This document shows positions 27,589 to 37,089 of a stretch of 64,000 bases of DNA, piece by piece. The stretch lies in the IMG/VR virus record IMGVR_UViG_3300050020_000041, positions 1 to 64,000 of that record, one strand, 5' to 3'. The notes beneath the pieces are model-generated. The model saw only the letters and a list, made by a program, of their open reading frames with translations, had not been told where the DNA came from and made no database searches. A program made the position numbers and the translations under genes. The first letter of the stretch is position 1. Each line of letters starts with the position of its first letter. Source of the DNA: an uncultured virus (IMG/VR IMGVR_UViG_3300050020_000041). Its lineage: Duplodnaviria > Heunggongvirae > Uroviricota > Caudoviricetes.

Positions 27589-28704
27589 ATGTTAACGATG
27601 AGTTCAGAATTAGATCTGTTGATAGAGGTTCTTGCGAAGCCCTACAAGTATCTGGGGAATTTACTGCCCGGAGACGGTACTCGTACTCTCGCCTTCCAGC
27701 CGGACGGTAGAGAGCCATTCAAAGTCTTAACGAAAATCAGGGATAACGGTAAGTCGTTCGCAATTCATTTTGATGATGATGCGGGCTCGGCTGAAGTTAC
27801 AGGAAAGGGTGATGCATTCCGAATACTATCCACGGTAATCCAGATCGCAAAAGATTATGTGAAGAAGGTGAAGACCATTGAGGAGATCTGGATTATCGCG
27901 AAGTATGAAGAGGGCGGCAAGAACTCCAGAGCCAAGCTTTATAAAGCGTTAATCGATAAGTTCGCAGAGAACGAAGGCTTCAAGCTGGACAAAACTGAAA
28001 TGCATACCAGTAAGGGGATAGAGTATATGACTTACATTCTGAAGAAGAATGCCGTGGAGGAGGAAGTAGTCATGTATAAAGCGTTCACTAATGCAGTCCG
28101 CACTGATGAGACTCCCAACAAAGACGGTTATATCGAGACTACAGCATCTTCCGATAAGGAAGCTGTCAAGAATCTGAAATATAAGATTGCTGGGCTTATC
28201 ACGACCATTCAGAGCGAACGTCTGAAGAAACAGAAAGATATTAAGCTCAAGAATCTTCAGAAATATGCTGACGGTAAATGGGGACTGGTAGAGTCCTTGA
28301 TTCAAGCTATGATGGAAGAAAGAAGTATAGCTCAGTTAATGAAAACAACGCCCAGGCGTTTTAAGCTGCGGGCGGAAGATATTAAACCGACACTTCTGAA
28401 CATCACCCAAGCTGGCAAGTTAATTTATAAGACGGTTACAGAAAGTAACCATCACGTTCACAGACAGTATATAAAGCCTCTGCCGAATGTTAAGGGATTA
28501 ACTACGATCAGCCAGAATGTAATACTGCATTGCAACTGCGAAAATTTCACATTTGAAAATGAATACAGTTTATGGAAGACCAACGCAAGCCATATAGTAA
28601 ATTCGATCATGGAGCCACCGTTAAAGACCAACCCAGGAATGAAAAAGAAAGTTTGTAAACATTTGATAGCGGTCTTCGAAGACCTGAAAAAGAGGTTAAG
28701 CTAA
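27589..28704 (+). CDS. Multidomain hypothetical protein with C-terminal SWIM-like zinc finger
   Basis: LHCNCENF...VCKHL (CxC...CxH). Confidence 0.55.
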   Translation: MLTMSSELDLLIEVLAKPYKYLGNLLPGDGTRTLAFQPDGREPFKVLTKIRDNGKSFAIHFDDDAGSAEVTGKGDAFRILSTVIQIAKDYVKKVKTIEEIWIIAKYEEGGKNSRAKLYKALIDKFAENEGFKLDKTEMHTSKGIEYMTYILKKNAVEEEVVMYKAFTNAVRTDETPNKDGYIETTASSDKEAVKNLKYKIAGLITTIQSERLKKQKDIKLKNLQKYADGKWGLVESLIQAMMEERSIAQLMKTTPRRFKLRAEDIKPTLLNITQAGKLIYKTVTESNHHVHRQYIKPLPNVKGLTTISQNVILHCNCENFTFENEYSLWKTNASHIVNSIMEPPLKTNPGMKKKVCKHLIAVFEDLKKRLS

Positions 28705-28705
28705 T

Positions 28706-30466
28706 ATGGCAGGAATTAAGAATTTAGGCTTTATAAAGTTACTGTTCAGCGATCAGACTGACACGCCGGCAATAGATCCAAAAACAGGTCAAGCTCCAGT
28801 ACGAGTAGCAGCAGGCGGAGCAGCGTCATCGTTGTATGTCAGACACGGCTATGAAGACTTGTATGAACATTTGAAGGTAAGTCAGGATCTGATCACCCGA
28901 TATATCGATTACGAAAATATGGATGATAGCGATCCCATCATAGGAAGCGCATACGATATTTACGCTGATGATGCAACCCAGATGGATTATAAGCTGAAGA
29001 AAACCATGTGGGTGGACTCGCTTGATGATACTACGAGGACGTACCTGAATAACTTCCTTGATAATACCCTGAAGGTAGAAGAGAATATTTGGGAACAAGC
29101 CAGAACGATTGCAAAATACGGTAATGATTTTGAAGCCATCCTGTATGATGATAAGGGCGTTAATGGTCTTGACTTTATTAGTCCAGCTATTGCCAGGAGA
29201 TATGAAGTCGGTGGGAAGACAGCATTTGGTGTCGATTACCAGGGCAAGTTCAATTACAAAGATCAGGAAGTTATTGATGCGGTAGCCGGGAATGTCAGAC
29301 ATCAGGAGTCCTCGACCTTCTTCGATAACTGGGAGATGATTCATTTCAGACTCAGGACCAAGAATCGCGGAAGCAGATATGGATTCGGATTAGCCGAGAA
29401 CGCAAGATGGGCATGGAAACGGTTACAGTTGTTAGAGGACGCCACGATACTGTATAAGATTACGAGATCTCCCAACAGACTGGTTTATTATGTAAATACT
29501 GGCAACAAGTCACCGAAGGAATCCAAAGCCTTCATGAAAGAACTTCAGAGAGAGTATCGAAAGAAGAGTTATATCAATCCAAGAACGGGCAAGTTGGAGT
29601 TCTCAACGAATCCGCTCGCTCAGCAGGAAGATATCTGGGTTGGTGTACGCGACTCGAAAGATCCGACCAGAATAGAGAATCTTCCAGCACTGGATTACCA
29701 GAGCCTTGATGAATTGTCGTATTACAGGAATAAAGAATTCGCGGGATTAAAGATTCCCAAGAGATTCCTGACCTACGATGAAACGGCAGATTCCAGAACA
29801 GCTGGTTCCAACGAAGATATCCGTTTCGCAAGAACGGTATTAAGGCTTCAGAGGGAGCTGCTGGTCGGTTATAATAAGATTATCGGTGTAGATTACTCGA
29901 TAAGGGGCGTCGACTACAGAAAATTGGACTATACTCTTAAAATGGCTGTCCCATCGACGGCATTTGAGATAGCCAATCTGGAAGTAGAAAATACCAAGGT
30001 GGCTCTTGCCGCTCAATTAGATCCGTTCGTCTCTAAGGAATGGATTTTAACAAGGATACTGGGTATGGCGGAAGCAGATGCTAAGGTAGTGCTCAGACAG
30101 AAGACCAGTGAGGTAAGTGCGGATCTGAAGGCTCAAAACGCTGCATTACAGGCAAGCCCACCAGCAGAAGAATCCACATACACTCGTGGCAACATGTTAA
30201 GGGAAGCGATGTTGGTTGGTAGAGAGGATAAATTACGTAATTCCCGTGAATGGGCGGTAAGGGAGAAAAATCTCGACAAGAGATTAAATGAAATCATGGA
30301 CAGTAACTATGTCAATGGTGAAAAATTTAAGGATATGAAAAAGCTCATGTCTCAGATCCTTGAGATGCAGAAAGGTATCAAGATTTCAGGAAAGAGGTCA
30401 AGTTTCGGTGGTGGCGTGGAAGATGATTCAGAAGGTAGAGTAGATGCGTCGAAGTATTTCGAATGA
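28706..30466 (+). CDS. Portal protein (T4 gp20-like)
   Basis: YENMD, AYDIYADDAT, LLEDATILYKITRSPNRLVYYVNTG, QEDIW, GLKIP, EDIRFARTVLRLQ. Confidence 0.9.
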   Translation: MAGIKNLGFIKLLFSDQTDTPAIDPKTGQAPVRVAAGGAASSLYVRHGYEDLYEHLKVSQDLITRYIDYENMDDSDPIIGSAYDIYADDATQMDYKLKKTMWVDSLDDTTRTYLNNFLDNTLKVEENIWEQARTIAKYGNDFEAILYDDKGVNGLDFISPAIARRYEVGGKTAFGVDYQGKFNYKDQEVIDAVAGNVRHQESSTFFDNWEMIHFRLRTKNRGSRYGFGLAENARWAWKRLQLLEDATILYKITRSPNRLVYYVNTGNKSPKESKAFMKELQREYRKKSYINPRTGKLEFSTNPLAQQEDIWVGVRDSKDPTRIENLPALDYQSLDELSYYRNKEFAGLKIPKRFLTYDETADSRTAGSNEDIRFARTVLRLQRELLVGYNKIIGVDYSIRGVDYRKLDYTLKMAVPSTAFEIANLEVENTKVALAAQLDPFVSKEWILTRILGMAEADAKVVLRQKTSEVSADLKAQNAALQASPPAEESTYTRGNMLREAMLVGREDKLRNSREWAVREKNLDKRLNEIMDSNYVNGEKFKDMKKLMSQILEMQKGIKISGKRSSFGGGVEDDSEGRVDASKYFE

Positions 30467-30482
30467 TGATGATTAAGCTAAG

Positions 30483-30518
30483 TGCACACAATTTCGCAAC
30501 GATTATAAATCTATTTGT
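30483..30518 (+). repeat. Bipartite intergenic element, copy 2
   Basis: TGCACACAATTTC-gcaacgatt-ATAAATCTATTTGT. Confidence 0.65.
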
Positions 30519-30527
30519 AAGAAACGT

Positions 30528-30767
30528 ATGAAAGAATTGATAAACCAGATGAATGATATCATGACTAATTTGCAAGACTATAGACTACATGTTCACTCGG
30601 TAGCATCCAAGCTCGGATGCAGTACAAGGACTGTGTACCGTCTAATCGAAACGGGAGAACTGAAAGCTATAAGAAAGACTCCCCGTAATACACGGATAAG
30701 CGAAAGTTCGTTTGTCGAATATGCTAACAAGCGATTAACTGAAGCTACGGCAATCCCCTGCATTTAG
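30528..30767 (+). CDS. Excisionase-like HTH DNA-binding protein
   Basis: VHSVASKLGCSTRTVYRLIETGELKA...TRI. Confidence 0.75.
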   Translation: MKELINQMNDIMTNLQDYRLHVHSVASKLGCSTRTVYRLIETGELKAIRKTPRNTRISESSFVEYANKRLTEATAIPCI

Positions 30768-30798
30768 GGACACAGATGCCATAAGGACGTCCGTTCCA

Positions 30799-30828
30799 TT
30801 GACAATAGGGATTCGATGTTCGTAAACT
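30799..30828 (+). promoter_or_regulatory. Possible sigma70-type promoter upstream of the head genes
   Basis: TTGACA-18 nt-TAAACT in a ~190-nt intergenic gap. Confidence 0.4.
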
Positions 30829-30954
30829 TGTTTTAAGATTGTGCAAGGCTTATGCCTTTAATTCTGTAAGTGCTCTAACTGATGATTTAAGTAAGTGGTT
30901 CGTGTTAAGTGAGAAAGAAAATTACTATAAATCAAAAGTTAGGAGAAGATCAGA

Positions 30955-31752
30955 ATGAAAAAAACACATGTTCTAACCTCATTGGACGAAGACTTAATAG
31001 CATTAGGTCTGGTTACTCCAATCGTGGAAGCAGTTGTTCCCGCAGTAGTCCCCGCAGTTATTCCCGCAGTAGTCCCCAAAGTTATTCCCGCAGTTGAACC
31101 AGCTTCAAATCTTGATGAAATCAAGATACTCAAATTGAAGACCGGCTCGGCAGCTCGTTTAGCTAAGAAAAAAGCTAAGAGATACTACAAACAGAACAGA
31201 AGCAAACTGAAATCTAAAGCAAAGAAATTCAGACACTCTTCTGCCGGTAAAAAAAGTCTATTCAAAAGAGCGAAAGCAATCAAAAGATTAGGCATTGCTA
31301 AAATCACCGCAATTCACAAATCCGGAAAAAGAATCTCTCTTGCAGCTTCCGTCCAGGATGAAGCATTAGAAGTTTTACAAAAAATGTCCCAGATACTCGC
31401 TCTTGTTGAGGAAAATGTGACACCATTGTTTGAAAGTGAAGATGCATTGGTTCAGGAATACATTGAGTTCATAGCTGACGGCTCAGAAGAAATATCTGAA
31501 GTCATCGAAGATCTCGAAACTGAAATCGAGGAAGCTACCGAGGAACTCGACGAAGAAGCAGTTGAAGAAGTATTATACGAACTCGCAGAGGAAGTATACG
31601 AAATGCTCGATACCTATGCCGACTTAATCGCAATCAACGAGGATGCAGATCCTGAAGTTGTTCCTGCGGTTGTCCCAGCAGTAGTTCCTGCGGTCGTTCC
31701 TGCAGTAGTTCCCGCGGTTGTTCCCGCTGTAGAACCAGCAGCAGTCGTTTAA
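30955..31752 (+). CDS. Putative prohead core/scaffold-like protein with (VPAV)n repeats
   Basis: AGGAGA RBS; lies between portal and protease; VPAV repeats at both ends, central K/R-rich segment, E/D-rich segment. Confidence 0.55.
   Translation: MKKTHVLTSLDEDLIALGLVTPIVEAVVPAVVPAVIPAVVPKVIPAVEPASNLDEIKILKLKTGSAARLAKKKAKRYYKQNRSKLKSKAKKFRHSSAGKKSLFKRAKAIKRLGIAKITAIHKSGKRISLAASVQDEALEVLQKMSQILALVEENVTPLFESEDALVQEYIEFIADGSEEISEVIEDLETEIEEATEELDEEAVEEVLYELAEEVYEMLDTYADLIAINEDADPEVVPAVVPAVVPAVVPAVVPAVVPAVEPAAVV
31030..31104 (+). repeat. 12-bp tandem repeats encoding (V/I)PAV
   Basis: gttcccgcagta-like units, about 6 copies. Confidence 0.85.
31657..31749 (+). repeat. 12-bp degenerate tandem repeats encoding VPAV
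   Basis: About 7 copies with synonymous variation. Confidence 0.85.
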
Positions 31753-31758
31753 TACGCC

Positions 31759-32031
31759 ATGCTGTCAGGAGAACTAAAGGGGTTGATATTGGAAGGGAGA
31801 ACCCTTCAGAGTTTGAGAGCTGTAAAAGTACGGCACACTCTTACTCTGAAGGGGAAATCCAAAGTTCTAATTGCACGAAGAGGTAAGAAGGGGCTCTCTA
31901 TAAGGATTAAAACAGGCAAAGATATTTTAAGAAACAAAGTTAAGGCACTGAGATCTAAGCACAGTCCGTTGAAGAAAAAGCACAAGCAGAAAAGAGCGTT
32001 CAAGCTCACGGACAAGGGTATCAGAGCATAA
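31759..32031 (+). CDS. Small very basic protein (possible DNA-binding core protein)
   Basis: 90 aa, strongly K/R-rich, located in the head module. Confidence 0.5.
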   Translation: MLSGELKGLILEGRTLQSLRAVKVRHTLTLKGKSKVLIARRGKKGLSIRIKTGKDILRNKVKALRSKHSPLKKKHKQKRAFKLTDKGIRA

Positions 32032-32053
32032 GTAACGATGAGAAGGATTTGAA

Positions 32054-33514
32054 ATGAGTTATTTAAGAGAATTATTGACCGATAGCCAGACTGTTATTTT
32101 CGAACTATATGAAGATAAAGATTTTCCTGGCGTTATAAAGGGAAGAGGTCCGTTCGGTAAATGCGATAGACCTACTGCGAACGGCAGAGTTTATCCCAGA
32201 CCGATAATGGAAAGGGAAGTTGCCAAGCTTCAACCCGCCATTAAAGCAAGAAAATTAAAGGGCGAATTAGACCATCCTGGCGACGGCAAAACAAAATTGA
32301 CAAGAGTATCGCATATCATCACGGAGCTAAGTATCGGGGAAGATGGCATAATCACTGGCGGGCTGGAAGTATTGCCTACCCATAATGGTCAGGATTTGTC
32401 GGCTTTAATCGGCGCAAGAGTACCGGTGGATGTCTCTAGCCGAGGATTTGGCTCAGTAAAGTTATCGGAAGAGAAATTACCTGATGGTCGTCCTCTCCAG
32501 ATAGTGCAGAGCGATTACAGTTTGAAAACATGGGACTGCGTAGATGAAGGCGCTGCCGGAGAATTTGCAGAACCAGTATACACCAAGGAAGGTGTTGACG
32601 AAACGGGCAATCCGATCATATTGCCTGATGTAGAGACCGCTGAAGATCCTGATTTGGAACTCAACGGTATGAAAGAAGCTCAGCAGGTCCTCATTACAAG
32701 AAACGAGTTCTTAGAGTCCGAGATAACAAGATTGAATTTAGAAATCGGACAGCATGTTGAGGAAGATACAGCATTAACGCTGAAGATGTTGACTTTCGCT
32801 GGTGCAGCTAAAAGAGCTGGCTACGAGTTGTTTACTGAAAAAACATTAAGGGGCGTAACTTCGGAAGTAAGGGAAGAAGTTCTCGGACTCATTGGGGACG
32901 TATCTCTGTTCGAGGATCTCGCATCGTTATCCACGAAACTAAAAGAAGTAATTGAAAAAATTAAAGCCAAAATAGTAATGGCTCCTGTACCTGCGGTAAA
33001 ACCGAAGGTCGTTGAAAATATTGTATCAACTAAGAGAGATCTTCTGGCTAGCAAAATAGCTGAGAGGAAATCTGGCAGAACTGAAAGAGCACCAGTACCT
33101 GCCCTCACGGTAGAGAATGAAGATCCGCTACCTTATGGGGAGAACAGTGCTTTACAAAACTACGCTGGTAGTCTGGCGATGAAATCAGGCATAACTGCTG
33201 GGGAGCTTGAGCTTCTCGAAGTAGCCATGATTGAAGAGCTGGTCGATAGCGAAGAGGAAGTCTATGGTACGTTAGACAATTTCCTCAAGGATAGAGGGCG
33301 TCAAGCGCAAATTAAAAAGGATGTATCCCACAAGAATGGGCTGTTTGAAGATGTTCAGAGGAGGTTGAAGGCGAATAAGAATTTGTCTTTGACAGAAGAA
33401 GTCGTCGGCAATGTAGGTGAGAATAACAGAGTTCCAAGCAAGAAAGGCACAGATGTGTGCGGAGTATCGATGGAAGAACTGATTAGAATCAGCGACGAAA
33501 GCCGAAAAAAATAA
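32054..33514 (+). CDS. Prohead protease (T4 gp21-like) fused to a scaffold-like C-terminal region
   Basis: NGRVYP, GELDHP, RVSH, VSSRGFGS, TWDCV; long helical tail. Confidence 0.85.
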   Translation: MSYLRELLTDSQTVIFELYEDKDFPGVIKGRGPFGKCDRPTANGRVYPRPIMEREVAKLQPAIKARKLKGELDHPGDGKTKLTRVSHIITELSIGEDGIITGGLEVLPTHNGQDLSALIGARVPVDVSSRGFGSVKLSEEKLPDGRPLQIVQSDYSLKTWDCVDEGAAGEFAEPVYTKEGVDETGNPIILPDVETAEDPDLELNGMKEAQQVLITRNEFLESEITRLNLEIGQHVEEDTALTLKMLTFAGAAKRAGYELFTEKTLRGVTSEVREEVLGLIGDVSLFEDLASLSTKLKEVIEKIKAKIVMAPVPAVKPKVVENIVSTKRDLLASKIAERKSGRTERAPVPALTVENEDPLPYGENSALQNYAGSLAMKSGITAGELELLEVAMIEELVDSEEEVYGTLDNFLKDRGRQAQIKKDVSHKNGLFEDVQRRLKANKNLSLTEEVVGNVGENNRVPSKKGTDVCGVSMEELIRISDESRKK

Positions 33515-33548
33515 CAGAATTCATTAACTAAGTAGGAGATGCATCCAA

Positions 33549-34946
33549 ATGGAAGCTCGCGAAATGTTCCTTGAGGGTAACCTTGCACCCGGTTTAAGAG
33601 CACAGCTTTTAGACAAATGGAAAGGTATGGTAAAAGATGTTAACGGTAAAAGAAATGCCGAGAACACTGCCATGATTCTTGAGAACCAAATGGTTCACAT
33701 GAAAGGTATGATGAACGAAGCAATGTCTACTACAGCAGTAGCTGAGTATACCAAGTTCATTTTCCCTCTCATCCGCAACGTATGGCCGAATTTGATAGCA
33801 AATAACGTTGCCTCTGTTCAACCAATGGACGGACCAATCGGCGCAATCGCTTTTTATAAGAATATTTATGGTACCACAAAAGGCACCATCACAAAAGGCG
33901 ACGTGTTCCCTAAAGTCGATCATTTTGATCCGACTTACTCCAAAGCCGAAACATTTGTAGAAAACGAATTGCTCGGAACCGGAGACACCAGTGCAAGAGT
34001 CACCACATTCTTCAAACAGTTAAGCCGTGGTAAAATCAATCCAGGAACCCTGTCAGTTACAGCTGGCTCAGTTACTGCTATTGATGATGGAAATGGCGGA
34101 CTTGTTGGAGAGGGTGTTGTTGCCGGTGTTGTGAACTATGAAACTGGCGTTATGACAGTAGTGTTCGTGACTGGTCCTTCAGTTGGAACTCCTGTTACCG
34201 CAAGTTATTCCTACCCAGTTGAGAATACCGACCAAGGTATTTCCTCTGTTGAAGGCGATCTTGACATCATACCTGTAAGAGCTGGTTCAAGGAAACTTGT
34301 CAGTTTATACTCGGTTGAGACAGCTGAAGACATGAAAGCTCTCTGGGGAACTGATGCTGAAGCTGATTTAGTTTCTGCTTCCGGTTCACAGGTTGCTCTT
34401 GAAGTCGATAGAGAACTTGTTGGTATGATCTATGCCAACGTTAAAGCAGCTCATTCGACCACTTGGGATTACGTCTACGATCCGACCACAAGTCAGATCA
34501 CATTGCAAGATCACATCAGAACTCTGATTGCCCGTATTAGCTCTATGTCTCAGAAAGTCTACAAAGCTACTCTGAAACAGCAGGCGAACTGGATAATCAC
34601 CAGTCCTGAAATCATAGCATTCTTGGATCAGCTTCCTGAATTCGTTTCCACCCTTGGAAATCTTGAATTTCAGTTAGGCATCCAGAAAGCTGGAACTTTG
34701 AATGGTAAATGGTTAGTGTACTCAGATCCGTTCTTGACCTCTAACGTAATCCTCGTTGGTTACAAAGGTCCTGGATTTGCTGATTCTGGTATCTGCTATG
34801 CGCCATACATTCCAATCCAGTTGACACCGACATTCTTCAATCCTTCTTCGTTCCAAATGAGCAAGGGTATAAGAACAAGGTATGCTGCTAAGATTCTTAG
34901 CAACAACTATTTCGGAAAAGTAACTGTTACGAATATGCCGTTCTAA
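33549..34946 (+). CDS. Major capsid protein (T4 gp23-like)
   Basis: AMILENQ, PNLIA..VASVQPM.GP, EVDRE, ANWIITSP, GTLNGKW.VY.DP, VGYKG, YAPYIP, GIRTRYA. Confidence 0.92.
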   Translation: MEAREMFLEGNLAPGLRAQLLDKWKGMVKDVNGKRNAENTAMILENQMVHMKGMMNEAMSTTAVAEYTKFIFPLIRNVWPNLIANNVASVQPMDGPIGAIAFYKNIYGTTKGTITKGDVFPKVDHFDPTYSKAETFVENELLGTGDTSARVTTFFKQLSRGKINPGTLSVTAGSVTAIDDGNGGLVGEGVVAGVVNYETGVMTVVFVTGPSVGTPVTASYSYPVENTDQGISSVEGDLDIIPVRAGSRKLVSLYSVETAEDMKALWGTDAEADLVSASGSQVALEVDRELVGMIYANVKAAHSTTWDYVYDPTTSQITLQDHIRTLIARISSMSQKVYKATLKQQANWIITSPEIIAFLDQLPEFVSTLGNLEFQLGIQKAGTLNGKWLVYSDPFLTSNVILVGYKGPGFADSGICYAPYIPIQLTPTFFNPSSFQMSKGIRTRYAAKILSNNYFGKVTVTNMPF

Positions 34947-34966
34947 TCGTTACTTCGTTCGTGCAG

Positions 34967-34999
34967 ATGGGCGGAGCTAAACCTCCGTCCATTTTTTTT
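34967..34999 (+). terminator. Rho-independent terminator after the capsid gene
   Basis: atgggcggag-ctaaac-ctccgtccat followed by a T run. Confidence 0.85.
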
Positions 35000-35038
35000 A
35001 TCGGAAATAATGTGATAATAAATTGAAGGAAAAGAATA

Positions 35039-35491
35039 ATGAGCAATCAATATAGAAAAAGAAGAGATCTAGCTGGAATAGTGTATCTGCCTGATGGCTC
35101 AACACTAACCGATCCGAATAGAGTTTTAACCGGAGCAAGGTTCGCAAGATATTGCCCGGAGTTCCTTGAAGAAGTGAAAGATGAAGATCAGAGCAAGTTG
35201 CTCACAGAAGATCTTCCTGAAACAGGTACTGGGCTTGTCATTACTGAAGAACCCGAAGTGGTCGAAGTAGTCGAATCGCCTATTGAAATTCCAGTGGAAG
35301 TTCCTTTAGTCGTTCCAGCCGACGTGATTGTCCCAGCTGATGAAGCACCTGAAACAAGTATTCAGAGTATACTTGAAGAAGAAGATGAAAGAATTCTGAA
35401 AGAAGTTCTGGATTCCCCTGAAGTGATTGCCGATCCGGCAGTAACTGAAGTAATCAAGACAAAGATTACCAAAGCCAAAAGAAACAGATAA
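35039..35491 (+). CDS. Hypothetical acidic protein
   Basis: 150-aa ORF after the capsid gene. Confidence 0.55.
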   Translation: MSNQYRKRRDLAGIVYLPDGSTLTDPNRVLTGARFARYCPEFLEEVKDEDQSKLLTEDLPETGTGLVITEEPEVVEVVESPIEIPVEVPLVVPADVIVPADEAPETSIQSILEEEDERILKEVLDSPEVIADPAVTEVIKTKITKAKRNR

Positions 35492-35496
35492 TTAAA

Positions 35497-35525
35497 GTGG
35501 CTCGCTGGACGAGCCATTTCATTTT
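35497..35525 (+). terminator. Possible terminator
   Basis: gtggctcg-ctgga-cgagccat followed by ttcatttt. Confidence 0.45.
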
Positions 35526-35536
35526 ACGGAGAAATC

Positions 35537-36280
35537 ATGGCAGATGAAGAAGTTCCTACCACAGAAGCGTGGATTAAAACCAAGGTTTTAAGGAGACTGG
35601 GAAATCAGTTAGTTAAGGTGGAGATAGATGATGATGACTGGACTGAGATCCTCGATGATACGTATCGTTGGTGGATTGCCAGAAAGGGAGTCACCAAGAC
35701 CGCCCATGTATTAGTCATGGTGGGAGTGACTAATTATAAGTTGCCAGCAGACTTCAAAACTATGGAAGACTGGATCCCCCCGAAACTCGGACTCGACCTA
35801 AACCCGATTACCATGCCTTTTGCTCTTATGAGTGACTATGATATGCTACCAGGAAATGCATCTGATATGATTTTATTCAGTCAGGCATCGAGGATCAGAC
35901 AAATCGCTTACGGCTGCGATCCGGAAATTAAGATTGACCTGACAAGAAGAAGTGAAAACTCCCCAGGAGAGATGATACTGCATCCGGTTCCGACAGTACA
36001 GGGTTTAGCTGAATTGAAATACGTCTCCAACAGCTTCACTGCCAATGATAACTGGGATGTGCTTCAGGCAAGAGATCAGGAGATCCTGCTTGATGTGGTG
36101 GAAGCATTTGGAAAACAAATTGTGGGAAGGAAAAGAAGCAAGTTCGGGGACATGGCTCTTCCCGGTGGCGGAACGAGTATGGACGGACAGGCATTACTGG
36201 ATGAAGCACGCGCTTCACTTGAACAGTTAGAGCAGGATGTCTTCAATACGCAAGATCCAATGCCAATAATGATAGGTTAA
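35537..36280 (+). CDS. Neck/head-completion protein (T4 gp13-like)
   Basis: LRRLG..VKVEID, GRKRSKF..MALPGG..SMDGQALLDEA, PMPIMIG. Confidence 0.8.
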   Translation: MADEEVPTTEAWIKTKVLRRLGNQLVKVEIDDDDWTEILDDTYRWWIARKGVTKTAHVLVMVGVTNYKLPADFKTMEDWIPPKLGLDLNPITMPFALMSDYDMLPGNASDMILFSQASRIRQIAYGCDPEIKIDLTRRSENSPGEMILHPVPTVQGLAELKYVSNSFTANDNWDVLQARDQEILLDVVEAFGKQIVGRKRSKFGDMALPGGGTSMDGQALLDEARASLEQLEQDVFNTQDPMPIMIG

Positions 36281-36281
36281 T

Positions 36282-36434
36282 ATGAAAACGACAGAAGATA
36301 TAAGCATGACAATCGCTCCTGGTGTAGTTATGCCAATTAAAGGACCAGGATTGAGAAGAAAAAAGATACGCAAGCTATCTAAAGAATTAACGAGAATAAT
36401 CCAGAGCATGAACAATGGGCAGGCTAGTAACTGA
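36282..36434 (+). CDS. Small basic hypothetical protein (50 aa)
   Basis: MKTTEDISMTIAPGVVMPIKGPGLRRKKIRKLSKEL...; fills the gap between neck genes. Confidence 0.4.
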   Translation: MKTTEDISMTIAPGVVMPIKGPGLRRKKIRKLSKELTRIIQSMNNGQASN

Positions 36435-36903
36435 CTTCGAAAGAGCGTATAGAAATGACCTGGCAGATGAGATAATCAGACTGTCCGGAGATTTCTGCAC
36501 TCTTCACTCGGTTAATATTCAGGAGAGTATCGGCGTAGACGAGGTTTCCATTTTGTATGGAGAGTCATCGAGGAGCGCGGACTGGAAGACGACACCGTAT
36601 GAAGGCATCCCGGCACTGTTTCAGAATCCGTCAAGCGATCAGATGCCCGATGAGAATGGTGCTCAGTTTTCCAAGAGTTTATCAGTACAAATAGCAAGAA
36701 AGTTCCTGCTGGCTGATCCCGAGAATATAATACCAGCGCCGAAACGAGGGGATATAATTTCCAATGCAACTTTCGGTTATTGGGATATAGATGATGTGTC
36801 AAGAAGTGGATTTTACGCTGATGATGATGATTGTTTCACGTTTTATGACATCAGTTTAGTATTCAACGGCAAGTTTGTACCTGCACTTAGAGTAAATCCA
36901 TAG
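36415..36903 (+). CDS. Neck protein (T4 gp14-like)
   Basis: EIIRLSG, ILYGE, PKRGDII; follows the gp13-like gene. Confidence 0.6.
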   Translation: MGRLVTDFERAYRNDLADEIIRLSGDFCTLHSVNIQESIGVDEVSILYGESSRSADWKTTPYEGIPALFQNPSSDQMPDENGAQFSKSLSVQIARKFLLADPENIIPAPKRGDIISNATFGYWDIDDVSRSGFYADDDDCFTFYDISLVFNGKFVPALRVNP

Positions 36904-36939
36904 TGCAATCAATTTCGGACTGAACATTTTCCTTTTTGT
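36904..36939 (+). repeat. Bipartite intergenic element, copy 3
   Basis: TGCAATCAATTTC-ggactgaac-ATTTTCCTTTTTGT. Confidence 0.6.
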
Positions 36940-37089
36940 CATGGATGACCGATTATGGTCAATGTTAAGAGACATAGTGGCAACATCAGTCATGGTTTCG
37001 TTGCGTAAGCAATAGCATTTAATCAATTTTGTTTTAGCGAAGAACGAATATATGCGAACGATAAGTTAACGATTTACAGGGACAGCGCG

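Noticed and set aside
30528..30767. Excisionase implying a prophage boundary
   Set aside because: No integrase or att-like context; the gene sits within the head module and is more likely a regulator.
31030..31749. CRISPR-like or non-coding repeat array
   Set aside because: 12-bp units without spacers, in frame, with synonymous variation: coding repeats.
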